From: Chrysemys picta bellii
Lineage: Eukaryota
DNA length: 64,000 bases
Direction: 5' to 3'
Assembly (NCBI RefSeq): GCF_011386835.1
Contig: NC_088794.1
Coordinates: 88,288,001 to 88,352,000 of the forward strand
This document shows, piece by piece, positions 60,930-64,000 of this stretch; within the stretch, counting starts at the first letter, position 1, and the number at the start of each line of letters is the position of its first letter. Both the position numbers and the translations under genes were made by a program. The notes under the pieces were generated by a model, which saw only the letters and a list, made by a program, of their open reading frames with translations, did no database searches and was not told the DNA's origin.

Positions 60930-61234
60930 CGGGGTAGGCAACCTATGGCACGTGTGCCGAAGGCGGCATGCAAGCTGATTTTCAGTGGCACTCACACTGC
61001 CCGGGTCCTGGCTACTGGTCTGGGGGGCTCTGCATTTTAATTTAATTTTAAATAAAGCTTCTTAAACATTTTAAAAACCTTATTTACTTTACATACAATA
61101 GTTGAGTTATATATTATAGACTTATAAAGAGACCTTCTAAAAACATTAAAATGTATTACTGGCACGCGAAACCTTAAATCAGAGTGACTAAATGAAGACT
61201 CGGCACAGCACTTCTGAAAGGTTGCCGACCCCTG
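60930..61234. mobile_element. hAT MITE (second copy of 43292 family)
   Basis: cggggtaggcaac ... gttgccgacccctg; TSD gcttagcc / ccttagcc (7/8). Confidence 0.92.
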
Positions 61235-63163
61235 CCTTAGCCTGTTTACACTTGAGTGAAGACTGAACTGAGCCATCGTGTGTGCGGTCTCACTTGTTCT
61301 GTGAAAAATTTAATTAGATTTTGAGAAATAACTAAATGGTAAGCAGCTGGAAACATGTTACAGAAAATCTTTAAATGTATTTGGTACAGTGATCACCATT
61401 ACAAAGTCAGTATTTGCCATCAGTTGCCTCACAGTGGTATCGGGGAGGGGGTTGGGGGAACCTAGAACAACCACAACCAAATTCTTGTTTTTTAATCCTT
61501 ACTCTTCTGTATCTGATTCTCTTATGTTGACTTTTCAAACGATTTGCCACAGTTCTGTAATTGTATTCTGCTTCCACGTTAGCAAGAGAGGGGAAGCTTT
61601 TTTGCTTTGTCTTCACAAGCATTGCCCAAACCACACTCTCTCATTCTGAGTCTATTTGAAAGAACAATACCCATGCCCACCGTTGCCTTTTCCCTAGCTG
61701 CTCACCACACATGTATTCATCACCTTGGAAAAAGCCTCTTTCCACCCGCATTTATCAGAAGAGTTGGATAGCAGCTGTCGATCCTGTTGAGTGTGACGCC
61801 AGGGAGATGGCTTTGGGGGGAGGAGCAGTACAAAAAGCCCTGCTTAAATCATACGTGTTAGGGCACAGCTGGAGCTTCTGTCTCCCAGCTCCTTGCCATT
61901 TGTCCTCTGGTGCTGTGGCTGAAATGACATTAGCATTTCAAAAGGGGGATTACCACAGCCCCCAAGTTCTAAGAGGGAGGTGTTTTGGCTGTTATAGAAA
62001 ACCTGCTTTATGGCGACCATTATTGCTGATTTACATAGGTAGCAGATGTAGAGAGTTGGTGGAGGAGGCCACATCGTATTGAAAACACTTTTGTTGAAGA
62101 AAGTTTTATTTATAGGACTAAAAATGTAAGCACTTAAACATGAAGTTGTCTATTTTATTGTACTGATTTAGAATGGGTGACAATTACCTACTGGAGAAGT
62201 TCAATTAAAGGGGCCAAATCCTATTCAAGGGAGGCATCCTTAAATCATGCAAATGTGAATAATTTTGGAGAATTTCAGGTTAATCATTTTATATTTCTTT
62301 GTTTTTGCTCCTTAAACAATTAAAGTAGAATGGTTTGGTGTTTTCTGTTTATAGTCTACCGTCCTGTTTATCATGCACTAGCAAAATGGTGTTTGCATCC
62401 AAACACATTGTTTCTCCTGACACACTTGAGAATTTCAGGAAAATATTTCTGTTCATCTTGGGCCTTGTAACAACCCTGCTTTTAAAAAAAATCACCTGAC
62501 TCTTGGGGTCTAAAACTACCTGAGCACATCTTACTCTGAATTTTTAATCAGAACTCATTAAGGTTCTTGGTAGGGCACTAGACAGTTTGCCTCTTTTATG
62601 ACTGAGGAGCCCAAAATGTTTTCTTAATTTCAGCCTTGTATTAGGGACTTGTGCACACTGGGCTCTCTGTCCAGAATTTCTCTCAGTTGTTACTAACATT
62701 TTGACCCCATCAGTGGTAGCAATAGCCGGAAGCTCTAGAGCATACATAGCTTTAGGGAGTTTCTGATATTCTAACCACTGTGTCGTCTAGCTCTGCTTTG
62801 ATTGAGCATAGTCGGATGTCATAGTGCCTAAGATGCTGTTGGCTGCCACAAGCTGTGTCTGCACTAGTACTGCTACCACTGATGGGTTTGAACGGGTGGT
62901 GGCAATGAGGGGAAATTTTAGCAAAATATCCTGATGTCCATACGTCTAAAAACTGTCTGCAGATCTTTCTCCTCTTATGCCCCATAATGCTTTTTTCCTC
63001 CTGTGCATATGACCTTGTCCTCTTGTGCAGGCACTAAAGAGGAACTTGCAAGAATCACGGTGTGGTAAAAGTGGAGCTGATTTGTAATAAGAGTTTGATA
63101 CTGCAGGAGCTGCTATGGAAGCATCTTAGAACGTTGATCTATAACCTAGTTACTGAGAGAGAC

Positions 63164-63846
63164 TGTGACTTTTATTGCAATCTATGCTATACACCATAAT
63201 GCTTGACTTCAGCGTGGGCTGTGGGAAGAACACACAGGGAAGTACTGTAATAAAATGGCTTTCCAGATAAGAACGTATAGGCACATACCAGAAAGACAAC
63301 AGGCAAGCTGTTGGCTTTGAGAATGCTGTCTCCAAAAGATTGTAAAACTTGTGGTGCCCTAGTGAAGAGCCTGGAAATCAAAAGGAAACTAAAGAATAAA
63401 AAAAGTCTTTTGGAGGTGCAGGAGAAGGGGGGGGCTCACTGGTCAGCAGCTTTCTAGGGTGACCGACTGAGGCAGACAGGTTCTGTGGAGGAGTCTGAAG
63501 TTAATCGAGACTTCCCAAATCCAGGGAATGGTAAGCCCTAGGAAAGAATGAGATACATGTAAGTCTGTTTGTTGCTGTTTTTTCTCTTAAATGATTTTGT
63601 TCTAAGTAACTAATACTCTGCTTTAAGGAGGCTGTTTGATCACTGTATTAAACACTGTCACCACCCACGAGGGAACAGAATTGCAGGGTCCAGACCTAAG
63701 TCAGACCTGCTGAGGTGATCACAGGAGGTACACAGAGGACTGCAACCCAGGGCCCAGTTTGAGAGTGGGAGAACTGTGGGATTCCATGCCAAGGGAAGTG
63801 ATGGCCTGAAATTTAGAGGGTCAAAGGTGCATTTTGCCTGGTTACT
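63164..63846 (+). mobile_element. Probable degenerate solo LTR
   Basis: Starts tgtgac, ends ggttact (CA end mutated); flanking gagac repeat (63159-63163, 63847-63851). Boundaries are uncertain. Confidence 0.45.
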
Positions 63847-64000
63847 GAGACACCCTGGTGCCTTAAGTGCTAAGTCAGAAATGTTCTCTCAAACATCTCT
63901 ACTACCTGTATACAAGAATTAAGCAGAAAGCAGAGTTGCAGGAAGGGTGGCGGTATTTGCTAAAAAGGGGTAGAGTAGAACCTCAGATTATGGACACCTC

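Larger units (their letters stand above)
41596..64000 (+). other. SUSD6: Intron downstream of the SUSD6 ATG exon (probable intron 2; sushi exon not reached)
   Basis: Starts at gtaagt. I found no sequence encoding a CPLPPEPENGGY-like sushi start by eye. Confidence 0.7.

Noticed and set aside
41596-64000. SUSD6 sushi-domain exon
   Set aside because: I saw no CPLPPEPENGGY-like coding sequence after an acceptor; it is presumed to lie beyond the window.

Overview
This is vertebrate genomic DNA, almost certainly from a turtle: it carries the tortoise Pol III/SINE, PsCR1-type CR1 LINEs and turtle-type Penelope-like and Gypsy-type repeats. The only coding exon I can support is 41421-41595 (+). Its 40-codon N-terminus (MCHGMVAPKSNTASPLALTGHGLFLPLIIFSSFILEGLTS) aligns without gaps to my recollection of human SUSD6/KIAA0247 (MCHGRIAPKS...GHGVFLPL...GLAS), with a phase-1 donor. 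The window is therefore most likely the 3' part of the upstream intron, the ATG exon and the 5' part of the next intron of SUSD6. I did not find the promoter/first exon or the sushi-domain exon. The rest is intronic: CR1 and L2 LINE fragments, SINEs, three clear and one probable solo LTRs with 5-bp TSDs, and hAT, Tigger-like and Harbinger-like MITEs, plus a 174-N gap. The most interesting structure is a set of Penelope-like (GIY-YIG) insertions carrying minimal hammerhead-ribozyme motifs. These include a ~125-bp ribozyme-only insertion with a TSD, a perfect 78-bp fold-back insertion, and a copy nested inside another copy. Their inverted arms stop at the same T-run, and one arm has a 21-bp microinversion. 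There are also candidate regulatory and splicing features of SUSD6. All calls are by eye, without database searches.
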